A DNA stretch of 63,668 nt, filler included, from Phoronis australis (lineage: Eukaryota; Animalia; Phoronida), in assembly GCA_002633005.1 (NCBI GenBank). It is 4 parts of 4 records of this genome, joined end to end, with 100 filler letters (N's around TTAATTAATTAA, not from the genome) between each part and the next. Parts side by side here need not be neighbours in the genome. Positions count along the whole stretch, not along the records: positions 43,136 to 57,813 come from NMRA01001549.1; positions 57,914 to 63,668 come from NMRA01002278.1; 2 more parts are not named here. The stretch is one strand, 5' to 3'. Both the position numbers and the translations under genes were made by a program. This document shows, piece by piece, positions 50,170 through 62,720 of this stretch; the first letter of the stretch is position 1; each line of letters opens with the position of its first letter. Under the pieces are notes generated by a model, which worked only from the letters and a program-made list of their open reading frames with translations, made no database searches and had not been told where the DNA came from.

Positions 50170-52311
50170 GTTGTTCGGACTAATGCGATGTTTCATGACC
50201 CACAACATAGGCACAGCAACAGGCGCAATGGTTATTTAAAAAGTTAGATGATCTTGTATGAATCCCATGATGTTCTAATCTGTCATACCTCCAACGGTGC
50301 TACGGAAGAATAATCACTGGTCACAAGATCGGCAACAATACAGATATACACACGGCAAATTCAATCTGGCTTTATCAGCCAATATCCCGGAGCGCACAGA
50401 CCCTATATTTGCCGTTGGACCTCGAAACTGACGACCATTTTTATACTTCGAAATTCTATGGTTTAAAAGTTCGTTCTGGGTTTGTCAGTATCTGGGTAAA
50501 GAAGATACGGATGAGCTAGTTTTCAGAGTCAGTCATTGGTAATACGTTTGCAAAATTGTCTAAACTTATGATTTAATTTTGATTTCAAGTTTGACAGTAT
50601 GCTGACTTTTGCTGTGGCCCAGGAACTCATATGTAGGCACCAAAGAGAATGCTGAACTGTTGAAATTGTTTTTTCAAAGCTTTTGTAACGTATACGTTGA
50701 TTTGTTGTGTTGCGTATTCTTTAGTTGAAATTACATATTGAGTGTGACGGTAACTGTAAGCAAGATAGGTGAGATGGATTTAAGTCGTTCTTTTTTGAAT
50801 TTAGTCGGTGGGCCAGATCTCATAGCGTTCATCCTTGTGAGTACTTTGGGTTGCAACCTAATTTTTTCTATGTGGCTAGATAATATACCTATAAATCAAA
50901 TTCCAAAAAGTTCCCACGTCTACACTTGCACATTTTTTTAAAAAAGGTGTTTTTATTGCACAAAATATGATGCACATTCCTGACACTTGATGGCGCTTTT
51001 CTATTGAAGTGACCAATCAGAGAGCCAGATTTTATTGTTGTGCTTAGTTACTTCAATATGGCTGCTCCCATGGAGTGTGATGCCTGTATAATTCAAGGTT
51101 TATCAAACAACACAAAATTGTTATGTCAGAGCCTAAAGAAGCTTAGGAAAGCTTCCTGATGAAAGCTGATTGACTGTGGAACTCTGTAGATCAGTAGATC
51201 AAAAAGAAGAAGAGGTGTCACAAACGTTTGTGCAGAAAACAGCTGCATGTCCTGGTAGCCTACACAGTATACTGCTGAGTGCTGTAGACTAGAAGACCAA
51301 GTGTCAGACCAAAAAATTGAAAGGACATAGAACGGCATAGCAACGTTTCAAGGCACCAATAATAGTACTAAAGCTGAAGTTGCTGAAAGTGATACAGATG
51401 TTATCCAAGATTTCCCAAGAAAATCAATTATACTTCCAAAATCTGCACGCCTGAAGATAGGACATTGTTTAGAGACTATCAGAGAATCTGTAATAAGCTG
51501 TCAAACAAACAGTACAGTCGTGTCTTCAACGAATGCATTAAGCGGCAAATAGCAAATTTGAAAACCCAACTAGTAGACCTAGTCCTTTTTTAATCTCGCG
51601 CAAATCTCAACTATTTACTTGTTGTGAAAGTCGAGACAGCATCATGCTGAGCGTGGACTTCCTCTAGGGGTTTGTTGGCTCATGTTGCGAATCAACCTTG
51701 CCTGCCTTCACTGAAATAAGCAATTATTTCTACCCACTTTTGAGTTATCGTTTGGAGAATTTGTCTTTACTGTAAACAAAATTCCATAGTACACAACTTG
51801 CACGAATTCGCCATTATGCTTGAAAACGAGGTGCTATGTCCAAACTACATTTAGTGCTGCATGTTTGGAACACGCGCGCTTTCACGTTTGCGAAGTTACA
51901 ATTGATGCTATAACGAGGCACTGTGTCCTAAGCAACAATGCACGACAATCAGTTTTGCAGAGCCACCAAAACGTGTAAGCATTGAAATCATTCAACAAAA
52001 CTGACCCATGAATAGAAAAGTTACAACTTGTACTGAATATAAGTTCGAGTCCAACACTGGACTGTCCAAAAACACATGGCTCACAAACAATAACATGAAG
52101 GTTTTGCCAGTGTAATTGATATAACCTCAGTAGAATCATTTGAGGACAACCTTACGTAACCTGTCTGCAGATGACTCGTGTTCCGCGCACACTCTGAATT
52201 TCTGCAATATTTCACCTAGGGGACTAATGCTTTCATGCACATTGTTTGAATCGAAGAATGGCGAAGTTTTGTTGTAATGAATACTTTTGGCTTAGCTTTC
52301 AGGCTAGCTAG

Positions 52312-52434
52312 ATGTGTTCTTCCCCAGATCAAGAAAATCATTCCGGCAATAGTGAAGATGGAAATTTCTCGCGTGGATATAGTAGACTGGACATCTTCCT
52401 GATTTTCACCTGCTTCCTTGGTACCTGCATACGA
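52312..52434 (+). CDS. Putative first coding exon of an MFSD4/NaGLT1-like major facilitator superfamily transporter
   Basis: Acceptor ctttcag ends at 52302, ATG at 52312. MCSSPDQENHSGNSEDGNFSRGYSRLDIFLIFTCFLGTCIR is followed by a consensus gtaagt donor in phase 0, which fits the next exon and would supply the first half of TM1. Confidence 0.7.
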
Positions 52435-52802
52435 GTAAGTAATATTCGCGGGGGATTTATATATATATTTATCCCCACGATTACCTGCTCATTTCTGTGA
52501 AATTTTACATTGGAAATTCGCTAGTTCTATGAATCAGACGCGGAATAGACCATAGTCCAAACAAGAAAATTAGGTGTATGTCAATAAAGAATGACACTGC
52601 AATTGATATTTTTAGAGGTTTCATAAGTCGTGAAAACACACAACTCCTCGGTCATTTCCAGCATCTTTTAAAATCCATGATTCAATGACCTGCTGTTTCT
52701 ACATGTAGCTTGCTCTCTATTGAATAACGCTGCAACTGTTGAATCTGTAACTGCAGCGTAACTTAACTTCAACTCAAATTTAAACTGACTTTCAATTAAC
52801 TG

Positions 52803-53059
52803 TGCCAGGATATGTATAGTCTCTTGCAATGTTCGGAAACATTTCAGCACAATGTAGAACTTTTCAAAACCTATTCAACCATTGTATAAATATATACTAT
52901 GCTCTAGAATGTTCCAGATTAGGTATCTATATAATACCTAACATACTGGGATTTTCTAGAATGTTCTCTTGTATTCAAAATACATAATCACTGATATCTG
53001 CTACTAAACAAATAGAACAACTAAATAAAAGTCACGAAAAAACCAGTCTACTCCTGACA
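52803..53059 (+). mobile_element. Possible solo LTR in the MFS gene intron
   Basis: TGCCAGGA...TCCTGACA inverted ends (TG...CA), repeated ctagaatgttc, and AATAAA near the 3' end. No matching TSD. Confidence 0.4.
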
Positions 53060-53275
53060 GTTGGTCACGCCTCCCGTAACTTATGCCGTGCGAAACAACT
53101 AAAATATATTGCGTTTGGGTACATGGTGATATAAACTAACATTTACGTGCGCCGAAATGAGTGGAATTGTTCTCGAAAACGACATGAATGTCACAAGTGG
53201 AATGAGCTCTTCTCCAACGTGCGTCCGCTCGCCCAGTTATTTCTATGTTGCCTTACATTTACTCAGACCAAAAGG

Positions 53276-53401
53276 AATTTAAGTGAGGTCACCCTGCTAA
53301 CAGACAATTTAAATGAGGTCACGCTGCTAACAGACAATTTAAAGAGGTCACACTGCTAGCAAAAAATTTAAATGAGGTCACGCTGCTAACAGACAATTTA
53401 A
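53276..53401. repeat. 30-bp minisatellite, 4 units
   Basis: aatttaaatgaggtcacgctgctaacagac units. Confidence 0.92.
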
Positions 53402-54449
53402 CGACATTCCTTCTGTTTCATTTTCGTTAACATCAGCACGAAAATAATTTTAACACAAACCAGATTTATCAAAATGTATTCTCAAATTATGCCCTTTCAC
53501 CACGAATTCATTAATTTCAAAATTAATATAACATGTTGTCCTGTCTCTAGCTACTACAATTGGCTAATTTTAATTGTTGAGTGTTTATAAACCAACTATT
53601 TTGTCATTTTCCAGAAACACAGCTAAATATACATATTATGCATGCAAAAAAACTTCACTGTCATGATCAGATTTACGATCAACGACTTCCGTAACTACTG
53701 TATAGCGCAAGCAGCTAAACAGCTTCAGTGGTACTTTTTGTCTCTCAGCCAATGGTTTTGTTACTCATGTGCTCGCGGTAGATATATAATCTGCACCTAA
53801 CTGTGTTACCAGAAATGGGTAACTCTGTTTGCGATTGGCTAATGTTGTTATTTACAGCGTCTTCTAATGCACAACCAATGGACAGGGCAGTAACACATAA
53901 AATAAATCTCGTTTTCAATTTGACTAGTACTGTATATATTCCACATATCCTTTCATCCTCGGCCGGTTACACCTGCCCCTGTTTCAATGTGAAACTTGAG
54001 CAATAAGCACCAAAAACTCGACATCGCGTAATACGCGGAATATTTCGTGGGATATTTCTTCATCTAGGCCACTCTTAGCACATTTTGCGTAGGGTCTATT
54101 TCCCATACAATGTAAGTAATCGCGAAATGTTCTCCTACAGCTCAAGGACAAGGGAATTCCAAATCATGTCCTGTTTAATATACTATTCAAAAACCAAATT
54201 TAAGCGTTTCATGTTTATATCAGCTTCCGAATCTACTGTACGCCACCATGGTGTGAACGAACATGCAGAGCCATCGCCTGTATTCTATTTCTGTTTTGAA
54301 TGTCTCGACTCGTGTCATCGTATTTCAGACAGCTGAATTAGGTTCATAATCTACTCTTCGCGGGATGTGTAATGGCCCAAAATCAAGTTTCCGTACGTAC
54401 TACTGGTAGGTGCAGACATTTTATTCGTCCGTTAATTTTATTATTTCAG

Positions 54450-54732
54450 GCCATGCCTTTGGTGACAATAGGTTCTGCGTTACCTGATATTTTACAAATT
54501 ACCAACTCGGCAACCTCTCAAGCATCGACTGTTCTTCTTCTGTGGTCTCTGGGGTTGTTTACCGGAACTGTGACGACGAATTTTTTCTTGAAAATGGACG
54601 GCACCCTTCTGATGGCATTGAATTTTGTCCTGTTAGGAATCACTACCGCTCTGATCCCGCTACCTTCTTCAATATATCTTATGGCTGTAATAATTGCAGT
54701 CCATGCTTTCGTTGCTGGGATACTGGGCGTAG
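54450..54732 (+). CDS. Internal exon of an MFSD4/NaGLT1-like MFS transporter (TM1-TM4 region)
   Basis: ttatttcag|exon|gtaagt. AMPLVTIGSALPDILQITNSATSQASTVLLLWSLGLFTGTVTTNFF...ALIPLPSSIYLMAVIIAVHAFVAGILGV has several hydrophobic helices and a G.ALPD pattern like MFSD4 family GPT.PDL. Downstream exons were not found. Confidence 0.8.
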
Positions 54733-55597
54733 GTAAGTTGAACGACATCATTTTAGTTACCGAAATTAATTCGGGCCGACGACAAGCGCGTATTTAAAGA
54801 AAAAATAAGCCATTCAGGAGTGCGCGTTAAGTCAAGCATGGTGTTCGCTCGAACGACAGAACCAGTTTTCCAGCAAACAGTTATAGTTGGTGCGCCCACA
54901 AGGGTGCAACAAAAAAGGCAGAGTAGATAAGACTGATGATGCAATTGGAAGACGGACTGTGTATAGAGGCTTCAGGTGGTAAGGGGGCAAACGTGAGAAG
55001 GGCGATGGAAGGAGAGAACGGGGTTCAGAACGTATCAAGGAATTCGAATAATAGTTTAAAATGCGTGTTCAGGAACGGGCTTGAGTTTTACACGAAGCAC
55101 AATTTTCCACTTTTTCCTGCAGGCGTGTAGCGTATTACGTGAATACGGTGACACCAATTCGCCCTCTGCAGTAGAGTTATCTCCCCTTTTTCTGCTGCCG
55201 AACACCATTGGGATACCTGTTGATTTCAGAACTTCAGTGGAGACAAGTCGGGTAATCACTTAAAGGCGAAGGCAACCTTTTTCCACGTCATTTGAGCTAA
55301 AATAAGGTTGGTTGGTTATCCTAGACATATTTTCCACTTAATTACAGCTTTTCGTAATTTTATTAATTACTCGTCCGCTACTCCGGAAGTGACGTTTTAG
55401 GAGGCAAGCGTTTCCCGCCACTTGGTTTTGCGTTGACTTTACCGTGCGAATCTGTTCTATTCTACTTTTGTTTTGTGCTGTTTTTCAACAATTGTCGCCA
55501 CCACTTTCTATCGGCGAGTATTCTGCGGCAAGATAGGTTAGTAGAGAACTCAACTACGTTGGATTTAGGGATTGTTTAGTGTGTTGTAAGCTGAAAA

Positions 55598-55885
55598 TGG
55601 CTGGAGTTGGTGACCCGTATCACAATGACAGTAGTGTGAGTGACGGAGACCTTGTTCACAACAGAGGAATTTTTTCACGGACATTCAGTGGGTGGGTACA
55701 TGTTTGAGCCCGAGTATAACGAGGCATAGTACGCACAGGCACAGGCAGCTGTTGAGACAAACGAGGCGGCTACTGAGGAAAGACGTGGTGACACATCTTG
55801 GTGCAAATGCACTGTGTGCGTTGTTATGCCTACAATGCTTGCGCTGTTCAGAGTTCAACGAGGCCAAGCCACTACTGGACACGGT
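55598..55885 (+). pseudogene. KolX (P2X7 C-terminal-like Cys-rich protein), 5' remnant
   Basis: GYMFEPEYNEA*YAQ...RRGDTSWCKCTVCVVMPT then a frameshift to CLRCSEFNEAKPLLD. This matches the Y.FEP...WC.C..C..MPT..C.CC.E pattern. Contains a stop and a frameshift. Confidence 0.8.
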
Positions 55886-56413
55886 TAAGTGGACCTGCGG
55901 CATACCACGGACAGAGGAACAACTGTCCCAGTTGCTAGAGTGTCCCGCGACACACTCCCACTGGATGGTGACCTGAGCACCCAAACTGCTTACATCGTGT
56001 CGTGTGACTCCCTCGCCACACATCTGGCACCTTCTAAATAGACAAGTCCACAATAAACTTATCAAAGTTTGGCTCACCGATCTGTTCACTGAACGACGAA
56101 CTGTCCTCTTCACTGGGTGTCGAACTGGACCTGTAATCACTCCCACTACTCAATATCGCTGCAGGGCTGCTTAGAGGCTCTAGGCTGGAGAAAACAGCAC
56201 AGGGCGAATCACNGGACGGCAGAAAGTGCTTGCCACACACACGGTAATTCTCCACTGCTTTGTACGTTGCGTGGACGGGTAACGCTGCGTTCTTCACACG
56301 AACGAGCCAAGTACGGCGAAGTGTGTCATCATCGGAAAGCGATGCAAAGGCACTCCCAAAGCGCGCGTGAGCCGATAATTAGTACATTCCGGTACGCAGC
56401 AACAGTGTGGCAT
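55886..56413 (-). pseudogene. Kolobok transposase 5' remnant (THAP domain plus H2CH-type Zn finger)
   Basis: MPHCCCVPECTNY...LHRFP, frameshift, DDDTLRRTWLVRV...YRVCGKHF (THAP signature). Then LFRRCQMCG...IQWECVAGHSSNWDS...VRGMP. Truncated before the DDE core. Confidence 0.85.
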
Positions 56414-57813
56414 GTTGACTGACTAGTAAATGAAAGCAAACGACGACGGAACTTAACATAACCGAGGTACAACAATGACTGACTCGGCAGCTCTCACAGT
56501 CAGACTACATGAAAAGAAATTGGCGCGAAATGCTTGCCTCCTAAAACGTCACTTCCGCAGTAGCTGCGAGTAATTAATAAAATTACGAAAAGCTGTAATT
56601 AAGTGGAAAATATGTCTAGGATAACCAACCAACATTATTTTAGCTCAAAATGACATGGAAAAAGGTTGTCTTCGCCTTTAACAGCAGCTTAAGAATGTCA
56701 GCCTCCTTTGAATGGCGCTTACCAAGGTCTATACATACGTGATGATTAGTGGCGGATTTGCATTTGGCAGTTCAGGGGTGCGATTGTCCGACAGGCAATA
56801 TCCTGGCAAATACTCACACCTGCTCCGACTAACTCAAAATTCTGGATCCGCCTCTGATGATACAACCGTGCAATATCTCAGATACCCTACTACCGTTAAG
56901 CTTGCAGAAAAAGTCGGGAAATATGACTAAGAATATCACAATTCTTAATTTGGTATGGGGAACATTAAATTATTCAATCTCCTACGTACAGTGATCTTCC
57001 CCGTTTCTGGGAATATTACATTTGTAGTCTCTTTTGGAGACTCCGCACACTCTTTGTAAACCATTTTGGACGTCTAAGAGCAGTTTACCAGATGACCATG
57101 GACAGGGACTCATCTAGGATTTGAAAATTGGAGGTCCAAATTCGTGAGACTGACGAATCGTGCAAAGCGCAAATCTGAGGCGCGCAGCGCTGATGGGGGG
57201 AGGTGGGGGGAAGTTGGGGGGAGGTGGGGGAATTCCCCCACCCGGTGAGGAAAAAAATTGTTACATAAAAAAGGTCATTCCCTTGCTTCATTTAGTACAC
57301 TGTTTGGATGTCTTTTTCTTGTTCAAAGGACGGCACATAGGGAAACTAAAAAAATTGGTTTGTTCCATTCAGGATGTGTGTATTGTCACTAGGCTGCAAA
57401 AATCAAGATCTGTAATTTTTTTAGTCAGATAATCTATGTAGAGTTGCATGATAGACAGCATTCGAGTACAGAACTCAATGTATCTTGAAGCTCTCAAGAG
57501 AGAAGAGTGAAATGCAGTTGAGAAACCACTTAAAATCGTGAGAAGACAATGAAGTTGCATTCGAAAGGACATGAAGAAATATATTCCAGAGTACATGTCT
57601 ATGTTTCGTTACATCGCACAGTAATGCAATTCACAAATCTACAAAAACAAGACCATATCCTCAACAAATTCACAAATCACAGTATCACCAGTGCTCAACA
57701 CGCTCGAAAATCTCCGCTGGAAAATAGGAGTGACGGCGTATGTGCACTCGCGCGTGTATACCCGGACTTGGCTTCGTAAAGGATCGTGACCAAAAAAAAA
57801 ACGTCGAAGCTCG

Positions 57814-57913
57814 NNNNNNNNNNNNNNNNNNNNNNNNNNNNNNNNNNNNNNNNNNNNTTAATTAATTAANNNNNNNNNNNNNNNNNNNNNNNNNNNNNNN
57901 NNNNNNNNNNNNN
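57814..57913. other. Scaffold gap with artificial linker
   Basis: Same 100-nt N block and linker. Confidence 0.98.
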
Positions 57914-58735
57914 TTGAGCAAGAGATGACGGAACACTTGTTCAAACTTCCAGACATGGTCAGTCATGAGCTTGAGGAACAGTTGTTCAAACCCTGAAGGC
58001 AAGTATGAGATGCAGTTAGCTTGTGAAACCAGAAAGATTGAGTAAGGCACGCAATGGTACGTCCGCTGTAGAACAATTTAAAGATCTTTGTCCGAACTGA
58101 ATATATGGAATAGTAACCAGTCTTCCCTACTTATTTCAGCTTCACTGTTTTTAGCCAGTTTTCACTTCAACTTTCTGGCCCTTCCGAAATATTATAACGA
58201 ATGGCCGATTGGGAAAATGCGCTGTACAAAAAAGAATACCGTTACCATTCATTTCTGAAATTAATTATTTAAGGAACAACCATTTAGAACTATTCAGGAC
58301 AGCAAATATCCACTGAAGGTTTAATATCTGTGTGTACATGGTAACTATAGATTATTGATAATTCAGTACAATGCACCATCTGGTGCACCTATGATAAAAA
58401 TTGAAACTGCTTTTTAATTTGTGGATTTTCTTTGGATTCATCAGATTGGAGACACCGCAAATCTAATAATGCAACAATTTCTGTCACACAATGACCCACA
58501 GACATTCATCCGGCATTAGTTGATTTGTAATGCCAACTGCCTTTAAATAGGCTGACATATGGCAACTATTTCTCCAATGCATCAAGCATGGTGAGAGAAG
58601 TTGCCACGGAAACACAACATCTTGCTTGATAACATGAAAGACAAAAACCAACAAGTTGAACATCTCTCATTAAGAAAAAGAATGAATAGCATGAATGTAG
58701 TTTAAAAATGAAAAGAAAATGAAAAGTTGACCTAC

Positions 58736-58851
58736 TTGTTATCCACTCGTACCAAGTTACCGCCAAGACTCTGACAGAAGTGCCGCGCCCAGTCCCAGTT
58801 GCGGAGGAAGTCTGAGAACAAGTAACAGGAACTCTTGTACGGAATCCAGTC
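58736..58851 (-). CDS. Mosaic lectin gene exon: C-type lectin domain 2, N-terminal part (mannose-receptor-like tandem CTLDs)
   Basis: tttcag|exon|gtaggt, phase 0 to 2. DWIPYKSSCYLFSDFLRNWDWARHFCQSLGGNLVRVDN. No next exon was found before the gap at 57814-57913. Confidence 0.92.
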
Positions 58852-59185
58852 CTGAAAGGTAACCAAACGTGTACCTCAGCAGATATTTGACGCAAAAATA
58901 ATGGTCATAATTGTTGCTTTTCCATTTTTCAAAAGCTGACTATGGGACACAGTGTGGTGAACACGTGAATTTTCATTTTGTTAAATTTCTCAACAAAAAA
59001 TTTCAAGAAAATTTATTTTGCTTTTGGCATTTTTATACTAATCGGAGCATTTTCCCCCTAAAGATGAAACAACCAAAAAAGAAAATTTTGCATCACAACC
59101 ACTGGAATCAGTAGGCCCTTCTTCAAATAATTTCCAAGGAAACAAAGTTTGTTTGCATCTCAGAGAAACAGTCAGGGTCACTTAC

Positions 59186-59299
59186 TCGGTCACATCCAGG
59201 GTGGCTGGGAGGTACGCTAGGAGGGGGCAGCACTTGTTTGGGTGTCTTGCACAGAGCAGAATACTGTGCGCCACACAAGTCATCATTCCACAACCCATT
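59186..59299 (-). CDS. Mosaic lectin gene exon: end of CTLD1 (WND motif) and Pro-rich linker
   Basis: ttccag|exon|gtaagt, phase 0 to 0. NGLWNDDLCGAQYSALCKTPKQVLPPPSVPPSHPGCDR. Confidence 0.93.
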
Positions 59300-59828
59300 C
59301 TGGAAAATATCATGTATCTTAAAACGGAAATTACACACATGACTAATGACAAGATTAAGAACATTCCATTGACTTATGCTTCGACTTGAAATTGGTTAAT
59401 ATATTAAATCGCCTGGAATTCTCCGACAGCCATACTGCGTTGGCGACTGAAACTTCAGTTAAAAAGTCTTGGTGAGCAAATTGAGACGCCAGCATGCCTG
59501 GTTTGAAGCAATAACAACCAGTGAGTTTTTTCTTAAATATAAAGCACAATAATTGGAGTTAGCCCAGAAAGTGTTAGAAAGCATACTTATAAGTATCTGG
59601 GTATCAGTACTTATATAGTATCTTAAGTGCGTGTTTGAATGTGGCATGGCAACTTTGTGGTGACCTAGCTGTCATTTTTACAAGGTTATCAAACCAGGCC
59701 GCCAAATCGAACCCTGAATGACTTATTTGTGGAAGCACTACAGATGTCACTATAAACTTTTATTAGGCAATCTCATTATGACAATCCTGATTGTTATCAA
59801 AATTACCATTACCACAATCCAAGCATAC

Positions 59829-59983
59829 CTCTCTAATCACGTGCACGCAGTCTTCCTTCCTGCCTTGCCAGTTATTCGGCTCGTGTGAATTCCACTTGGT
59901 CAAGAGTACAGGCGACCCATCTGACCACTCAAAGTACATGGAATGGTCAAGGTCGTTCAGCCCAATCCACACATTTGTTTTGG
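59829..59983 (-). CDS. Mosaic lectin gene exon: C-type lectin domain 1 core with WIGL and EPN motifs
   Basis: ctgcag|exon|gtatgc, phase 1 to 0. KTNVWIGLNDLDHSMYFEWSDGSPVLLTKWNSHEPNNWQGRKEDCVHVIRE. Confidence 0.95.
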
Positions 59984-60853
59984 CTGCAGACAAGTGCAGG
60001 TTGTCAAAGTCAACTCATCACGTTCATAACGTTTTTAAACCAATATCGTTACAAGTGATAGGAAAATTGCTCGAACACTATTAACCGAAAAACAAGTTAT
60101 CATTCCTATTAACTTCTTGTATTTTCGGTTTCTTAGAGTGTTATTGTTGTCTTCCAGGAAACTATTATCTTTCTGAGTGTAGTATGTGTCCAACAGACAT
60201 TCCTGCGAATGAATGCTGCCAAGTGTAAAAATTTCTTTTGGCGAGTTTCGCAATAAGTTTTTATGTCTTTTCATTTTCCACGGGTTTTCCATGTCTATAA
60301 AAACTGTCTTTTGCAGGTTTTTTACTTTTTATGATGACCGGAAACCATTGCGCTAAAATCATGACAAGGTGTTTTTATTAAGTAGTTCTTACAGCTACCA
60401 ATTGTCTAAAATTTTGTCCCAACCTCACCAATACAACTTAAAATAATGACCAGAACTGACATTTTTAAAAATTTTTTAAAGGCTTCTAACATCCTCGTGT
60501 GAAAAACAATTTCACAAAATATTGTGCACTGGTAGCAGTGGCATGAAACTTGCTTCTTAAATTTTAGGAAAACAATAATCTGTATCACTAGTTGGCCAAA
60601 AAGTGTCCTAAACTGATCAGATGAACTGTAATAAAGTAAGGTGTATGCGAGGGAAACATCGCTTAATAATATTCGATGACAGCCATATTTGCATAAGGTG
60701 TTATCTGAAGGTAGTTCGGAGTAAAAAGAGGCAGAAAGTAAGGTTGGCAAATATCATTTGTTAAGGACAGTAGTTCAAACCAGAAATAATGTGACAAAAT
60801 ACAAACACACTGCGAAGATAGCTGCTATTCGCGCAATTTCAAACTCCACTTAC

Positions 60854-61036
60854 CACCAGCTATCATTGAAGTGACGAAGCTATACTCCACAGGTGTCACT
60901 ACTGAGGCCAGGTCACCGCCCGCTGATCGGCAATAGTCCCTGGCATCCTGCCAACTTTGTAATGGATCACCAACAAGCATGTAACATGAGTCGCCATTAG
61001 GAGTCCAGCCGTCAGCGCAACGCAGAGAGGTAGGAG
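60854..61036 (-). CDS. Mosaic lectin gene exon: C-type lectin domain 1, N-terminal part
   Basis: ttttag|exon|gtaagt, phase 1 to 1. PTSLRCADGWTPNGDSCYMLVGDPLQSWQDARDYCRSAGGDLASVVTPVEYSFVTSMIAG. Confidence 0.95.
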
Positions 61037-61556
61037 CTAAAAGGAGGTCAGTGTTCAGGTACAGAACAAGTCAGTTTCTGACTTCATTCCAATTTGGTCG
61101 ACAACCACATATTGGGCTTGGAGGGGGTAACTAGTGCATAGTGGCTTAGAATACAATTTACTAGGCTGGTTTGAGCTCATAGCATCACAGGTTTGCAAGC
61201 AGAATTAAAGTGGCAGATACAAACAAAACTTATCTCCTGACGTCAATCAGTGGTTTCTGGACCTTGGAAAAAATTGTTATTGCTCAAGACGATGCTCGGC
61301 ACATAAAATGGGCCATCGTGTCAAGCCAACTTGTAGAGTGCGATCTTGAGCAAGGACAAACTGACAGTTATTACCACACCTAAATATTACCTCCAATTTG
61401 ACCAAGGAATAATCTGAGACCAATTTCTTAATAGCAAGTCGTCTAACCTAAAAGTTGATGCGCAAGTTTATAGCGGTTTAAAGCTTTCTAACGACTAAGT
61501 TGGATTATGTAGCTTTAATACATCAATCACTTAATTGCCATGAGTACGCTTCATAC

Positions 61557-61722
61557 CAATTCCGGTGCTGTAGATGGTGCTTGCATACGAGCCGCCGCAT
61601 GCACCCGTGGTGTTGACAGTGTTGGTGCACGGATTGGTGCACCGGTTACTCACACTGTACCTCCCGTAACTGTTACCACAGTAACAATACTTGGAATTTT
61701 GCAGTCCAGCATACATGTAACC
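61557..61722 (-). CDS. Mosaic lectin gene exon: C-terminal half of the WSC domain
   Basis: ttctag|exon|gtatga, phase 0 to 1. GYMYAGLQNSKYCYCGNSYGRYSVSNRCTNPCTNTVNTTGACGGSYASTIYSTGI shows YAGLQ..C.CG, C..PC and CGG. Confidence 0.93.
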
Positions 61723-62580
61723 CTAGAAATCACATGCAGTACAGAGTAGTTTTATTACACCATAAACAAAATTTCAGAAAATTTCCACTATTCGAGCACA
61801 TTTTTCAGCAAATTTCCTACTGAGTGGCTCTTACATAGAACTACATATTAAGTTAAATTGGTTCCACAATTAGATGGCATTTTTTAACAATTATTCATAA
61901 TTTAAGCAAATACAAGAGCAAACCTTACTGCTCAGAAAAAAATATTTAGGCAGCAAGATGAGATGAACAAACTTCTTGAGGAACAACTGAACTAATTTTG
62001 GATTAAATTCCTTCTACTCTGCTTCATGATTTTGACAAGACTTGGAACCTAGACATTAATGTGAAAGTGTTATTCAGGTCAAATCCAAGGATGTCCAAAC
62101 ATAAGAAAAACCAAATGGTGGGTGGGAAATGAAACTTAAAACAAAACATGATAGTTTAAACGGGAACTTTAGAAAAATTCAGGAAGTAAATGTACAGCCA
62201 GACTTAGGCGCAAGATACCGTGCGTGGACAAGTTTTGAATGCCGTGCCGAAACCAAATTCAGTCAGTAAAATCTCACCAATTTAGGACATGGTGGACAAG
62301 TGAAATTTTATGTAGGAAGAAATAAAAACATACTAATCTTAATTTCAACACCACAGCTACCAGACAACGCTTTTCAAAAATTGTGGACATTCACAGCAAT
62401 GTTAGAAGCCTTTCAAAAATTAAAAATGTCAGTTTACGTAATCTTACTATTATTTTTGTACAAACTGTGAGATTTTACAAAAGTCTTCTGAAATGAGAAG
62501 AGAAACTTGAACTCAGACAGACTAACTTGAAATGAAAGCCAACATGATAGTGACTGATGAAAGTCGAAGTTAATACTCAC

Positions 62581-62720
62581 ATTCTGAAAGCAATGCCTGA
62601 TGCAGGACATAGGCCAAATGTCAAATTTGGGACTCCAAGGTTCGAACGGGAGATCGGGATCGTTGCGTTTGTCCTCATAACAGCCAATCAGGATGTTCTT
62701 TGTGTTCCCCTTAGGAATGC
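62581..62720 (-). CDS. Mosaic lectin gene exon: N-terminal half of a WSC domain
   Basis: ttgtag|exon|gtgagt, phase 1 to 0. IPKGNTKNILIGCYEDKRNDPDLPFEPWSPKFDIWPMSCIRHCFQN shows the GCY.D...DL and C...C pattern. Confidence 0.9.

Larger units (their letters stand above)
55264..56677. mobile_element. Kolobok DNA transposon, internally deleted and non-autonomous
   Basis: TTAA on both sides (55260-55263, 56678-56681). Termini AGGCGAAG...CTTCGCCT (RR...YY). About 155-bp near-identical TIRs (55264-55420 vs 56521-56677). Contains convergent KolX and THAP/H2CH transposase remnants. Confidence 0.9.

Noticed and set aside
55123-55251. Exon-like segment (ttcctgcag...gtaatc) as MFS exon 3
   Set aside because: The required phase-1 reading hits TAG immediately, and the open frame is not transporter-like.
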